Positions 29,903 through 41,978 of a stretch of DNA of 64,000 bases are shown one piece after another (within the stretch, counting starts at the first letter, position 1; each line of letters opens with the position of its first letter). The DNA lies in assembly GCA_965218095.1 (NCBI GenBank), contig OZ244587.1:5472001-5536000 (forward strand). The letters are read 5' to 3'. The position numbers were made by a program, and so were the translations under genes. Below the pieces are notes generated by a model that worked only from the letters and a program-made list of their open reading frames with translations, did not search any database and had not been told where the DNA came from. Source of the DNA: Candidatus Poribacteria bacterium (GTDB lineage Bacteria; Poribacteria; WGA-4E; PCPOR2b).

Positions 29903-31543
29903 TTGCCAAAAAATAACACCGCCGCAGATACAACACAAACCACAATCCCGTTTTCCCCTCCAGATCAGGAACAGTTAGACATATCCACCCTTGAAACATG
30001 GCTATGGGACGCCGCCTGTGTGATTCGTGGGGCGACCGATGCCCCGAAATTCAAAGATTTCATCCTACCCCTGATTTTCTACAAGCGGCTCTCCGATGTG
30101 TTCGATGATGAATTTGCGAAACAGGTCGAGGAATTCGGCGATAAAGAGGTGGCGCGGGAAATCATTGACGCCGACCATCAGGACGCACTAAAGAGCGGAC
30201 GCAACCCGATTGTTCGTTTTTATATACCTAAGCAGTATTGTTGGGAGGCACTTCGTGACCATCCGCCAGATGGTCGCTTAGGAGAATTTGTCACCGAAGC
30301 GATGCGCTTGGTTGTGAGTCAGAACCCGCGGTTAAGTGGCGTCCTTGACGTACAGGACTTCAACGAACAACAGAGCGGACAGCGAACCCTTGACGATGCC
30401 CGACTAGTCTCACTGATTGAGGTCATAAGCCAACATCGGCTTGGACTTCAAGACACAGAGCCGGATATCCTAGGGCGCGCCTACGAATATCTGTTACGGA
30501 AATTTGCCGAAGGACAGGGACAGAGTGCGGGTGAATTCTACACCCCGAAAGAGGTTGGTCAGTTAATGGCACGCCTCATCAACCCCGAACCGCACACCAC
30601 CATCTACGACCCAGCCTGTGGTTCAGGCGGGCTGCTTATCAAACCCCGCCTCCTATTTAAGGAAACACATCCGGATGAACAGAGCGCGGCTCCAAGAATC
30701 TACGGGCAGGAACTGACCGCTACCACCTACGCCATGGCAAAGATGAACGCCTTTCTGCACGATTTTATCGGTGCAGATTTGCACATCGGCGACACCTTCC
30801 GCAACCCGCGTTTTGTTACCGACGATTCGGGCCTGCAACGCTTTGACTATGTGCTCGCCAATCCGATGTGGAACCAGAAGGAGTATAACGATGCCTTTTA
30901 TGCCAATGACCACTGGCAACGGTTTCCCTATGGCGTTGCGCCGAGTTCCTCCGCGGATTGGGCGTGGGTTCAGCATATACTCGCCTCCCTGAAAGAGACC
31001 GGACGCGCCGCGATTGTCCTTGACACCGGCGCGGTGTCTCGTGGTTCTGGCAGTGTGCAGACCAGTCGGGAGCGGGATATTCGCAAAAGGTTTGTGAAGG
31101 ATGACCTGATTGAAGGCGTGATACTTCTGCCCGAAAACCTGTTCTACAACACCAGCGCACCGGGGATTATTTTGCTGCTGAACTGCAGCAAGCCAACGGA
31201 ACGTAAAGCACAGATCCTGCTTATCAACCTTTCCAACTATTTCGTAAAGGAGACTCCCAAAAACGCCTTGACCGATGAAGGGATTGATCTCGCAGCGGAA
31301 GTATATCAGGCGTGGGAATTGCGTGAGAAGTTGAGCCGTGTTATCACGCTGGAAGATGCCCGAAAAACCGATTATAACCTGAGCCCTTCCCAGTTTGTGG
31401 ATGTGGGAGATAAGGTAGAACACCGTCCTATCTATGAGATTCTGGCGGACCTGACGGAAGCACGGATCGCCCGCGAAAAGGCGGATAGGACGTTGGAAGA
31501 TCTGTTGACTCGTCTTGGACTCAATGGGGAGGGTCTACAATGA
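29903..31543 (+). CDS. hsdM: Type I R-M methyltransferase subunit
   Basis: GEFYTP, YDPACGSGGLL, ANPMWN. Confidence 0.95.
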   Translation: MPKNNTAADTTQTTIPFSPPDQEQLDISTLETWLWDAACVIRGATDAPKFKDFILPLIFYKRLSDVFDDEFAKQVEEFGDKEVAREIIDADHQDALKSGRNPIVRFYIPKQYCWEALRDHPPDGRLGEFVTEAMRLVVSQNPRLSGVLDVQDFNEQQSGQRTLDDARLVSLIEVISQHRLGLQDTEPDILGRAYEYLLRKFAEGQGQSAGEFYTPKEVGQLMARLINPEPHTTIYDPACGSGGLLIKPRLLFKETHPDEQSAAPRIYGQELTATTYAMAKMNAFLHDFIGADLHIGDTFRNPRFVTDDSGLQRFDYVLANPMWNQKEYNDAFYANDHWQRFPYGVAPSSSADWAWVQHILASLKETGRAAIVLDTGAVSRGSGSVQTSRERDIRKRFVKDDLIEGVILLPENLFYNTSAPGIILLLNCSKPTERKAQILLINLSNYFVKETPKNALTDEGIDLAAEVYQAWELREKLSRVITLEDARKTDYNLSPSQFVDVGDKVEHRPIYEILADLTEARIAREKADRTLEDLLTRLGLNGEGLQ

Positions 31544-32814
31544 GTGAGATGAGTTTGCCAGCGCATTGGAAAGCGGCTAGGTTCGGAGAACTAGGAGATT
31601 TGGTTCGCGGTGTTTCTTATAAAAAACAAGAGGTAACTGATACTGCGGAGCTTGGATATTTACCAGTTCTTAGGGCAACAAACATTCAAGATAGAGAGCT
31701 AATGTTAGGAGAGGAACTAGTATACGTTAAAGCTGAAAAGGTTTCAGATTCACAGCTTTTACGCATGGGTGATGTGATAATTGCAATGTCTAGCGGAAGT
31801 AAATCTGTAGTTGGAAAATCCGCCCAGTTAAATACGGATTGGAATGGTTCTTTTGGTGCATTTTGTGCGGTTTTCCGCCATAATTCAATGGTAGAATCAT
31901 TTTTTATTGGTCATATTTTTCAGACTAAGAATTATCGGGAGCATTTACTTAGAGAAGTTCGTGGCACAAATATTAACAATTTATCGAAAAATCATATTCT
32001 TGATTATCAGTTTCTCCTTCCCCCATTTCCCGAACAACGTGCCATTGCCCACATCTTACAGGCAATTCAAGAAGCCAGATCCACCCGGCAACGCGAGATT
32101 GCGTTAGAGCGTGAACGCAAAGCGGCGTTGATGGATTATCTCTTTTCACACGGCACGAAGGGCGGAACCCGCAAGGAGACGGAGATTGGGGAAATTCCTG
32201 AGAGTTGGGAAGTAGTAAGGTTGGGGAAATACTGTTATAAACCGGATTATGGTTATACTGAGAGTGCAAGTGACTCTCCAGTTGGACCCAAATTTTTGCG
32301 AATTACGGACATTCAGAACGAAGAGGTGAATTGGGAAAAAGTTCCTTATTGTATTTGTAGTGAGGAAGACAGGGAAAAGTATTTATTAAAAGCTGGTGAT
32401 ATAGTAATTGCGCGAATTGGTGCAACTACTGGAAAAGCGTACATAGTTGATGATTGTATTGAAGCAGTTTTTGCATCGTACTTAATTCGAGTGAGAACAA
32501 AGGATGATTTATTGCCTGATTTCTTAGCTCAATACTTTCGGACAAATGGTTATTGGAGGCAGATAAACCAAAGCAAGGGGGGTAGGCTCAAAGGAGGCGT
32601 AAATATTCCCATACTTAGCTGTCTTGTGCTACCGTTACCTCGTTTTGCTGAACAACAGAAAATCGCCGAAATTCTACAAGCCTTTGACACCAAAATCGCC
32701 GCCCTTGAACAAGAAGCCGAACGATTGGATGAACTTTTCCACGCCATGCTCGACGAACTGATGACAGGGCAAAGGCCTGCCGTGCCGCTAATTGATGCAG
32801 AATTGCCAAATTAA
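31540..32814 (+). CDS. hsdS: Type I R-M specificity subunit
   Basis: Two AT-rich TRDs, LPPFPEQRAIA and LPRFAEQQKIA repeats, ETEIGEIPESWEV. Confidence 0.95.
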   Translation: MSEMSLPAHWKAARFGELGDLVRGVSYKKQEVTDTAELGYLPVLRATNIQDRELMLGEELVYVKAEKVSDSQLLRMGDVIIAMSSGSKSVVGKSAQLNTDWNGSFGAFCAVFRHNSMVESFFIGHIFQTKNYREHLLREVRGTNINNLSKNHILDYQFLLPPFPEQRAIAHILQAIQEARSTRQREIALERERKAALMDYLFSHGTKGGTRKETEIGEIPESWEVVRLGKYCYKPDYGYTESASDSPVGPKFLRITDIQNEEVNWEKVPYCICSEEDREKYLLKAGDIVIARIGATTGKAYIVDDCIEAVFASYLIRVRTKDDLLPDFLAQYFRTNGYWRQINQSKGGRLKGGVNIPILSCLVLPLPRFAEQQKIAEILQAFDTKIAALEQEAERLDELFHAMLDELMTGQRPAVPLIDAELPN

Positions 32815-33463
32815 CAGAGGAGCACAAAAGTGGAGACGCAAGCGATTCAATACCCGCAGGACTTACGCACTTCAGGGGATTCGCTAGGTAAATCAAAAAT
32901 TTACCCCGAAAATACCCGGTGGGTTGTCCGTCGGTTCCTGGCTCATTGAGCCAAGCACGGTGTGGCACAGTGTGGGTATTTGAATCAAGCCTAGAACTAT
33001 GGCGCGACGTTATGGGTATCTTCGGGATTAAGAAACATGCGCTCACCCCAAATTGTAGTTGCCTGATTCATCGGGCATCGTAGAAGGGAAAGAGGCTAGA
33101 AGGGGTCACTTCAGAAGATAACCTTAGCACTGAAACCTGCCTAAGAAGTCTTTAGGTGCCAACGTGGGGTTCCGAGTAACTTTCCGAGGACCTCCCCGTG
33201 CAAACCCCGCATAACTCAGTCATAGCCTGAGTTATCACCCTTTTTTGTCTCTATCAAATTCTCGCATTTACTATGAAAACTATGAAACTTTCAAACATCT
33301 CTCAATAGGATTTACCACTGTCTGCCATTCTTTTTTACGAAGAGAAACCGAGTTTTTTTGCCGACTCGTCGAGCATCCTCGCTACGCGGGACTTGAAAAC
33401 TCGGTTTCTGTTGCACGATTTCTTAACATGGGCGACGCCATTTACAATCATTCAGAGAAGATT

Positions 33464-36400
33464 ATGTCTGAACGTTCCGCTGTACAGAATCCGATGCTCA
33501 AATACGCCGATGAAATTGGCTGGGAGTCTATTTCTCCATCAAAAGCCGTGCAAATGCGCCGCGGCGATACGGGGCTTTACTTCAACGACGTGCTGAAAAC
33601 GCAACTGATGAAGCGCAACAAGGGCATACTGGACCAATCTCGTTGCGAGGAAATTATGCGACAGTTGCGTTTGCTCAACCCGACGCTTGAGGGAAACCGG
33701 GATGCCCTCTCTTGGTTGCACGGAGAGCAGTCGGTTTTTGTTCCGGATGAGGATCGCTATCGGAATATTACACTGATTGATTACGATACCCCCGACAACA
33801 ACCTGTTTCATGTAACCGATGAATGGTGGCAGAAAGGGGTAGTACACCGCAACCGCGCCGATGTCGTATTTCTGATTAACGGGATTCCAGTAGCGGTGGT
33901 AGAGACCAAATCCGCTAACAAGCGGGATGGATTGGCGGAAGGTGTGGAACAGATTCGACGCTACCATGACGAAACGCCGGAGATGTTTACCACCGCCCAA
34001 CTATTCGGTGTCACGCAACTGTTGGACTTTTTCTATGGCGTGACGTGGAACGTCAGCCGCAAAAACCTGTTCAACTGGAAAAGCAACAAAGCCCCCCTGA
34101 TAAGGGGGGTTGGGGGGTTGCAACACAAAGACCTGTCTAATTCAGAGAACGACGAACCGACAAACTACGAGGGTAAGGTCAAGACCTTCTTTGACCGTGA
34201 GAGCTTCCTGAAAGTGTTGCAGCGGTCGATCATTTTCCAGAGCAAGGACGACACGCTGGCCAAAGTTGTCTTGCGCCAGCACCAGACCCGTGCGGTAGAT
34301 AAGGTAATTAAGCGGGTTCACGACCCGAACAAGCGGCGCGGGCTTATCTGGCACACGCAGGGCAGCGGTAAGACCCTGACCATGATAACGATTGCGTCCC
34401 AACTATTGCGCAGTGGTGGGGAGACGGAAAAGCCGACCGTGTTAATGGTGGTTGACCGCAATGAATTGGAGAGCCAGCTTTTTAGAAATATCACCGGCTA
34501 CGGTATCACCACGCCGGAACTTGCAACGAGCATAAAACACCTACGGAAGATTTTAGCGTCCGATTATCGCGGTTTGATTGTCTCAATGATTCATAAGTTT
34601 GACAAAATACCGGCGAATATCAACACCCGGGAGGGAGTGACTGTATTGGTTGACGAAGCGCACCGGACGACCGGCGGCGATTTGGGGAATTACCTGATGG
34701 CAGCCCTCCCCAATGCGACCTATATCGGCTTTACAGGCACCCCGATTGACAACCTCGCTCAGGGCAAAGGGACCTTTAAGGTGTTCGGTGCGGACGACGA
34801 ACAGGGTTATCTGGATAAATACGCAATAGCGGAATCCATTGAAGATGGCGCCACCGTTCCGTTGAATTATGCCCTTGCCCCCTCCGATTTGCAGGTTGAC
34901 CGCGAAACATTGGAGCGAGAATTTTTAAGCCTTATGGAAGCGGAGGGTGTGAGCGACTTTGAGGAACTGGACGCAATTCTGGATCATGCTGTCAACTTGA
35001 AAGCGATAATGAAAGCCCCCGATCGAATTGACAACGTTGCCGCGTCTGTTGCCAAACATTTTCAGGGAAACGTGGAACCGATGGGATTTAAGGCGTTTCT
35101 AGTTGCCGTAGACCGTGAGGCGTGTGCGTTGTACAAGGCGGCACTCGACAAACATTTACCATCGGCGTATTCGGAGGTGGTCTATTCCCCATACCATCAA
35201 GACTCTGAAGCCATGAAAGCGTATCACCGCACCGATGACGAAGAGAAGGATATTCGTAAGAAATTCTCCGACAAAAACGAGCAGCCGAAGATTCTGATTG
35301 TGACCCAAAAGCTGTTGACCGGCTTCGACGCACCGATTCTCTACTGCATCTACCTCGATAAACCGATGCGTGACCATGTGCTGTTACAGGCAATTGCGCG
35401 TGTCAACCGACCATACGAGGACAACGACGGGCTGGTAAAACCGTACGGGTTTGTCTTAGATTTTGTCGGTATCTTTGAGAATCTCGAAAAAGCCCTTGCC
35501 TTCGATTCGGACGTGGTGGAGAGCGTGATTCAGAATCTTGACGTACTCAAGGACGCTTTCGCCGAGCGGATTCGGGAGGACGCGGCGCAGTATTTACCCT
35601 TTGCCGGCGGTTGGGACGATAAGGCGAAAGAACGGGCGATTGAGCATTTTGAGGACAAGGACAGCCGAGAGGCTTTTTTCAAATTCTTCAGACAGGTGCA
35701 GGATATCTATAACATTCTTTCGCCGGATGCCTTCTTGCGCCCGTTTATGGAGGATTATCAGTCACTTGCATCGCTCTATGGGCTGATTCGGAACGCCTAT
35801 GCTGACCGTCCTTATGTTGATAAGGAGTTGACCGCCAAGACGCGGGAACTGTTACAGCAGCATACGGAGAGCGATCAGTTTGCGCTACCGGGTTCTATTC
35901 ATGAATTGGGCGCAAATACATTGAGGGAAATTGGGGACAGTGAGGTATCGGATACGGTGCAGGTGCTGAATTTGCGGAAGGTCCTGCATAAAACGGTGAT
36001 AGAAGAAAGCCGGTCAAAGCCGTTTCTGATTTCGATTGGAGAACGAGCAGAGGCACTTAAAGAAAAGTATGAAAATCGTCAACTGACAACGCAGCAGGTA
36101 CTGGCTGCGTATGAAGAATTAGTGAAGAAATGTGAGCGGGCGTCAAGCGAACGCACCCGAATGAACTTGGACGAGAACGCCTTTGCGGTTTATAAGGTTC
36201 TTGAGGGCTATGCGGAAGACATTACACCAGAGCAGGTGCGAGCCCTCAATAGAGTCTTTGACCAATTTTCCGATTATCAGTGGAACGCACACCAAAACAG
36301 TCAGTTGCGGGGGATGTTCTACATAACATTAAGACCTATTGTTGGAACAGAAGATCTGATCGAAGCAACAAACGCATTGTTAAAGTTAGAGCGAATATGA
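33464..36400 (+). CDS. hsdR: Type I R-M restriction subunit
   Basis: [49 protein letters not shown]. Confidence 0.95.
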   Translation: MSERSAVQNPMLKYADEIGWESISPSKAVQMRRGDTGLYFNDVLKTQLMKRNKGILDQSRCEEIMRQLRLLNPTLEGNRDALSWLHGEQSVFVPDEDRYRNITLIDYDTPDNNLFHVTDEWWQKGVVHRNRADVVFLINGIPVAVVETKSANKRDGLAEGVEQIRRYHDETPEMFTTAQLFGVTQLLDFFYGVTWNVSRKNLFNWKSNKAPLIRGVGGLQHKDLSNSENDEPTNYEGKVKTFFDRESFLKVLQRSIIFQSKDDTLAKVVLRQHQTRAVDKVIKRVHDPNKRRGLIWHTQGSGKTLTMITIASQLLRSGGETEKPTVLMVVDRNELESQLFRNITGYGITTPELATSIKHLRKILASDYRGLIVSMIHKFDKIPANINTREGVTVLVDEAHRTTGGDLGNYLMAALPNATYIGFTGTPIDNLAQGKGTFKVFGADDEQGYLDKYAIAESIEDGATVPLNYALAPSDLQVDRETLEREFLSLMEAEGVSDFEELDAILDHAVNLKAIMKAPDRIDNVAASVAKHFQGNVEPMGFKAFLVAVDREACALYKAALDKHLPSAYSEVVYSPYHQDSEAMKAYHRTDDEEKDIRKKFSDKNEQPKILIVTQKLLTGFDAPILYCIYLDKPMRDHVLLQAIARVNRPYEDNDGLVKPYGFVLDFVGIFENLEKALAFDSDVVESVIQNLDVLKDAFAERIREDAAQYLPFAGGWDDKAKERAIEHFEDKDSREAFFKFFRQVQDIYNILSPDAFLRPFMEDYQSLASLYGLIRNAYADRPYVDKELTAKTRELLQQHTESDQFALPGSIHELGANTLREIGDSEVSDTVQVLNLRKVLHKTVIEESRSKPFLISIGERAEALKEKYENRQLTTQQVLAAYEELVKKCERASSERTRMNLDENAFAVYKVLEGYAEDITPEQVRALNRVFDQFSDYQWNAHQNSQLRGMFYITLRPIVGTEDLIEATNALLKLERI

Positions 36401-36765
36401 AGGCCGAAAGTGTCTGGAATGACTCAGAGGATTTGAAAGGTGCCGTGTGGCAGTGGGCGGACCACATTGGTGTGAAGGTGCGGGAGGTGCATCTACGCGA
36501 TATGCGGAGGAAATGGGCATCCATATCGACAAAGGGGCGATTGACCCTCAGCACGGACCTGCTCGACCTGCCGGAAGCGTTGGGGGAATTTGTCATCGTC
36601 CATGAATTAGTCCATCTCCTTGCCCCGAATCACGGGAGGGTGTTCAAAAGTTTCATGTCTGCCTACCTTCCCGATTGGGAAGAAAGACAGCATGACTTAC
36701 AGACCTTATCGCCTCTTGCGGTCAAGACTCCACAGGGTGGGGATGTAGATCGCTGGAAAGTGTAA
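36397..36765 (+). CDS. M48/YgjP-like metallopeptidase (short form)
   Basis: MRRKWAS, IVHELVHL..NH..F; typical position after hsdR. Confidence 0.85.
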   Translation: MKAESVWNDSEDLKGAVWQWADHIGVKVREVHLRDMRRKWASISTKGRLTLSTDLLDLPEALGEFVIVHELVHLLAPNHGRVFKSFMSAYLPDWEERQHDLQTLSPLAVKTPQGGDVDRWKV

Positions 36766-36867
36766 TGTCCTTGAGTTTCAAGGCGTTTTGTGGTACAATT
36801 TTACTATACGATAGCCCCTTTTAGAAGGGGGGGGGCACCGCGAAGATGCCATGAAAGGAGATTCACA

Positions 36868-39477
36868 ATGAAACACAAACTTAGTCTTGAACCCCTTACC
36901 CTCCTGCTCGGCATCGCTGCACTGCTTTTGATGAGTGTCGTGCCAGCTACCGCGGCACAGGAATCAACCGAAGAAGAGATGGCGCCTGAAGAAAAAGAAG
37001 ATATGGCGTCCGAAGAAAACGTGATAATGCTCGAAGAACAGGTAGTCGTCGGTTCATGAGCGCGACCACGTTCTGTCATTGATTCAGCAGTGCCTATTGA
37101 TACGCTTGGCAGTGATGAATTCGTCAAACAAGGCGGCAACGATCTGCCAGACCTGCTGAGAAACGTCGTGCCTTCCTACAATGTCGGTCTCCAGCCAATC
37201 AGCGATGCGGCGACCGTCGTCCGACCTCCCAATCTGCGGGGGCTGGCGCCCGACCATGCGTTGGTGCTCGTCAACGGCAAGCGCCGCCACCGCGCCTCCG
37301 TGATTTACTGGCTGGGCAATGGTCTCGCTGATGCTGCCCAAGGGCCCGACATATCCGCCATCCCGGCAATTGCCCTGAAACGAGTGGAAGTCCTCCGCGA
37401 CGGCGCCTCGGCGCAGTACGGCTCCGATGCCATTGCCGGCGTGATGAACTTCCAACTCAAAGACAATTATGAAGGCGGTTCTATTCAAATCAAACCCGGT
37501 ATTTTCCAAGAAGGCGACGGTTTCACGTATGCTGTCGCTGGCAATATCGGTTTGGGCCGCAAAGATCACTGGGCAAATCTCAGTCTAGAGTATGGCAACA
37601 CGGATGAGACCGACCGCTCCGTGCAGCGAGATGATGCCGCTGCTCTGACAGCCGCGGACAATATTGACGTGGCAAATCCTGCCCAACCTTGGGGGTAACC
37701 CTTTATTAGAGACGACCTGAAACTCTTTGCCAACTACGCCACCGCCATCAACGACGACATCAAGTTATATGGCCACGCCAACTATGCCAGCAAACAGGTT
37801 GAGGGCGGGTTCTATTTCCGCAATCCCAATACGCGGCCTGCCGTATTTAGTAACGACGGCGGGGAAACATTACTAGTTGGTGCTTTGGACAGCCGTAAGG
37901 CTGAAGATATTCCTGAGGTTAAAATTACCGACAACGTGCCGGACTCCGCTGCCCTACAACAGGTTAAGAATGACCACAATTTATTCACATTCCAAGAAAA
38001 ATTTCCTAGCGGTTTCACACCCCGATTTGGGGCGGACACGAGAGATTTAGCCGTTCTAGCAGGTCTCAAAGGAACAGTCTCGGAAACGGAAATCACCTGG
38101 GATTTAAGTGCTTCTTATGGCCGCCATCACTCCGATTTCTTCATTTTCAATACTGTGAATGCTTCTCTCGGTCCCGACACGCCGACCGAATTCAATCCGG
38201 GCGACTATATCCAAGCGGATACCAATTTTAACTTTGATGTCACTTATCCGCTAATGGATGAGCTATTCCTCGCCGCGGGCCTTGAATATCGCACAGAAGC
38301 ATTTGAAATTGTGAAGGGACAGATAGAGTCTTATCAGGTAGGCCCTTTGGCGAACCAGGGATTTAGCTCAGGTTCCAATGGTTTCCCGGGTTTCGGTAAT
38401 ATTGCCGCAGGCAGATGGGATCGGTACAACGTGGCTGCCTATGTGGAAACTGAAGTCAACCCACTCGACAACTGGTTGCTTGCCATTGCTCTGCGTGGTG
38501 AAGACTTTGAGGATTTTGGATCCACGCTTAACTACAAGGTGGCGACGAACTTCGGCGTTACCGAATTCGCGGAGGAGATGGGGTTGCTAGAGGGTAACGT
38601 CCCTAACCTAAAAGTGCGCGGCAGTTACAGCACTGGTTTCAGGGCGCCGACCCCCGGTCAGCAAAACGCCTTTAACGTAACAACTGAGTTCGCGCAAGAT
38701 GACGAAGGCAATTTCATCCTGGCAAATAAAGGCACGATTCCTTCTACCCATCCAGCAGCGGACTTGGTGGGCGGCAAGGGACTTGAGCCTGAAAAGTCAA
38801 AAAACTTCACTGTTGGTACTATTGTTGATAGTGATATGTTCAGCGTAACGGTCGACTACTTTAACATTACAGTGGAAGATCGCCTGACGACCTCCAGTGA
38901 CAAGGAGCTTACGCCTGAACAGGTTGACCAGTTGGAGGCCACAGGCATAAACGCGAAAAACCTGCAAGAATTCCGATTCTTTACCAATGACTTTGAAACG
39001 AAAACCCAAGGTATTGACCTCGTTCTCACGATCCCGGTCCGCACAGGCGCACTGAGTCTCGCGTATAACTACACGGGCACCGAAGTTACCAAATACAACC
39101 CCGAACTTCTTAACGAACAACGCATCACGCTATTGGAGAAAGGGCTTCCCAGAAACCGCGGGAATATATCCCTGACACAAGCTCTGACCAATAATTGGAA
39201 TGCATTGGCGCGTGTCAATTATTACGGTTCTTGGGATGAATGGGCTGTCGGCCACCAAGTCTTCGGTAGCGCAGTTTTGCTCGACCTTGAGTCCAGTTTC
39301 TCACTTGATGTTGGATCAGCAATAACGATTGGCGTTAACAATATTCTCAACGTCGAGCCTGATAATATTACAGAAGGCGATGATCCCGCACCAATAGTTG
39401 GCAGACCATTCGGTGAGTACAGCCCGTATGGTTTTGGCGGCACGTTTTGGTATGCCAAATACAACTACAGTTTTTAG
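36868..39477 (+). pseudogene. TonB-dependent receptor with two in-frame stops
   Basis: Signal peptide, VVVGS*, NLRGL..LVLVNGKR, EVLRDGASAQYGSDAIAGV, C-terminal YNYSF; TGA 37057 and TAA 37696 in a single frame. Confidence 0.9.
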
Positions 39478-39646
39478 GATAAAGAGTCAGCCTGATTCAG
39501 GTTCACGGTGCGACGCCCTCTCTGTCTCTCCCCCCAAAGTTGGGTGGAGACCAAACGTGCGATGAATTGCATGACTACGCAGCACAAGTCGTCAATATCC
39601 ATTTTTTTATCAAATGGTTCAAACAGGCTCTAAAGGAGGATCTAAA

Positions 39647-40529
39647 ATGAGATGTCCAATTGGTATTACAATTCTCAGTATCATGTTTCTCTTTGCAATG
39701 AGCAGTTCGATGGCGCAAGGCGCCGTTGCCGGTGCACAGATTGAGTTTATCGTTGACGAAGCCAACTTCGTCAACGGTGACTGGAAGAGCAGCGGCGTAG
39801 CCGGCAAGAAACTGAAAGGTGGGAAGAAGGGCGGGAAAGCCACGCCGGTTTTCGAGCCTGCCGCCGGTGAGGAGCCGGCGCGGTTCACCGGCACGGAGAA
39901 GGGCCAGTACTTCGGCGGCAACATCTTGATAAACCCAAGCGTCAATCTGGAGGACTGGACGCTTGATGTCCTCTTGAAGCGCAACGGCCCCGCGTTTGGC
40001 GATGAGCACCATGTTCTCGGCCTCCATAAGGCGGGGCATGGAGGTGGAACGTGGGCCGACGCAAACCAGTGGATTATGTTGGGCTTCACCGAGAAGGACA
40101 CGGGGAAGATGTTTATCGGACTCAAAGCGGCTGAGGAACCGTTGAAAGGCCCCGACGGGGAGACTAAGGCTTACGAAAACCTCGTCGATATTGGGGTAAA
40201 TCAGTGGCGCCACATCTTACTTCACCTACGACAATGGTAAAAACCAGCTTGAGTCCTGGATGGATGGCCTGCTGCAAAAGAAGGTGATGGCTAAGCATGA
40301 CTTTGATCCCGAGGTGGCGCTGAACTACCACATCGTCTTCGCAGGCGCAAAGGAATCGCAGCGAGGGATTGCAGAGGTTGAGCAGAAAGGCCAGACCTTC
40401 AACGGCTCCATCCGACTCGTCCGGGTGTATGACCGGGTGCTGACCGTTGCGGAGATTCAAGAAAACCTCAGTGTGGAGCCAGCGGACAAATTCACGACGA
40501 CTTGGGGCGGTGTCAAAACACGGTATTAG
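39647..40529 (+). pseudogene. Secreted LamG-like protein, frameshifted near 40217
   Basis: Signal peptide; QWRHI/YFTYD, FNGSIRLVRVYDRVLT..EI, terminal VEPADKFTTTWGGVK. Confidence 0.8.
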
Positions 40530-40742
40530 GTGCGGCGTGGAGTTCGGTTTCTGGCAACATTTCCCCAAACCAAACGACATCACACCCAGGTCCCCCGACA
40601 CACTGAACGGCATTCAGATAACCCACAAGCCAAATTTTAGCATTACACTTGAGTGGACTTCAGCTTTGAGCCCCGATAGATCGGGATCTTCGCTTTGCTT
40701 GGGTTGAACTTCAGTGAACAAAAATGTTAGCTACTGAAATAC

Positions 40743-41930
40743 CTACTCATAAAACCACTGTATGGGTAGAACCCTAATTTTGCACGCCACATAGCCGACG
40801 GTGTCGTATTTGCAGCCGTAGCCGCAGGTTATGACAGCTTTGTCTTCAATGAAGGTGCAGGTTGGGTAGGCGCACCGAAGGGGGCCAGGCGCCCTGTGGT
40901 AACGCTTCCGATCCTCGGGTTGATGGTAAGTCGGGAATCGCGGCTCGTGATGATAGATTTTTATCTCCGAGGGGTCAATCCGGGCGACATCGTCCAGGGA
41001 TTCAAGGTTCTTGAAGTTCTCCCATGTTTTCCCTTCATCGCGGCTGATTGCACAGGAGAGACGGTGACGGGTCAGGTAAGCCTGTAGTTCCTCGGCCGAT
41101 GCTTGAGTCCAGATGATAAGCAGGTCTCCTGTGGTAGGGATACGTCTGAGCAGGCAGGGTGCAGAGTCTGCGGCAAGCTGCGTTGGATCCGGAGCCTGCC
41201 ACGTTTCACCTTGATCATCGGAGATGCTTTGGAACAACCGTCCCAGATTGGTTCGTCCCATACCCAGTAGACGACTGTCCTTCAACTCCACCAGGCTCCA
41301 CTCGTCCCACATATACATGCCTCTCAACCCCTTATCGAGGGGAACGAAAATAACATTCTTGCTCTCCTGCCATGTCTCTCCCTCATCGTCTGAATAGTAG
41401 GCAATACCAAATCCAAACTCCTCAATATGTTCGGAGATGGCTTCAGGACCAAACCGGCACATGTAGGCTGGCGCCATGATGCGACCACTCTTGAGTACCA
41501 GGGCACAGTCGTTTCTCACATGCATCCCCCATTTCTTTTGGCCTATCGCTACCCCTCCCATCCATGTTTTTCCTTCATCAGCGGAGCGATAGAAAGTCTC
41601 CCCACAGATGAGGCCCAAGGCGCCAGACCGCAGTCGAAGCAAGCTGATGGGTCTTCCCCCCTTGACATCTCCGCCCTCCGTTGTCCTAAGTGGGAAGGGC
41701 TCGCCAAAGGTTCTCCCTTGATCGGCGGAAGTGATTCCGTGATACCCCTGCCCCCTAGCCCCTTCTCTTCTGCTCTGCACAGCGGCGTAGACCATAAGGA
41801 GCCGCCCATCCGCTAACCCGATGGCGGAAGACTCGTACGGGGAGACGACCTTCAAAGCGCCACCGCCCACTATATCTTCGATAGGATAGACAGTACCACT
41901 GACATCAACAATTCCTTCAAAAATCTCCAT
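40743..41930 (-). CDS. BNR/Asp-box sialidase-like protein
   Basis: Five S-x-D-x-G-x-T-W/F boxes, AYPT near the C-terminus. Confidence 0.85.
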   Translation of the reverse strand: MEIFEGIVDVSGTVYPIEDIVGGGALKVVSPYESSAIGLADGRLLMVYAAVQSRREGARGQGYHGITSADQGRTFGEPFPLRTTEGGDVKGGRPISLLRLRSGALGLICGETFYRSADEGKTWMGGVAIGQKKWGMHVRNDCALVLKSGRIMAPAYMCRFGPEAISEHIEEFGFGIAYYSDDEGETWQESKNVIFVPLDKGLRGMYMWDEWSLVELKDSRLLGMGRTNLGRLFQSISDDQGETWQAPDPTQLAADSAPCLLRRIPTTGDLLIIWTQASAEELQAYLTRHRLSCAISRDEGKTWENFKNLESLDDVARIDPSEIKIYHHEPRFPTYHQPEDRKRYHRAPGPLRCAYPTCTFIEDKAVITCGYGCKYDTVGYVACKIRVLPIQWFYE

Positions 41931-41978
41931 TTTTGTTTACCTCCTTGTCGTTGAAAATGGTACACTAAAGAGAATACA

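Noticed and set aside
33245-33463. N-terminal extension of HsdR
   Set aside because: Read-through of intergenic, possibly IS-derived debris; HsdR-like sequence starts at [10 protein letters not shown] (33464)
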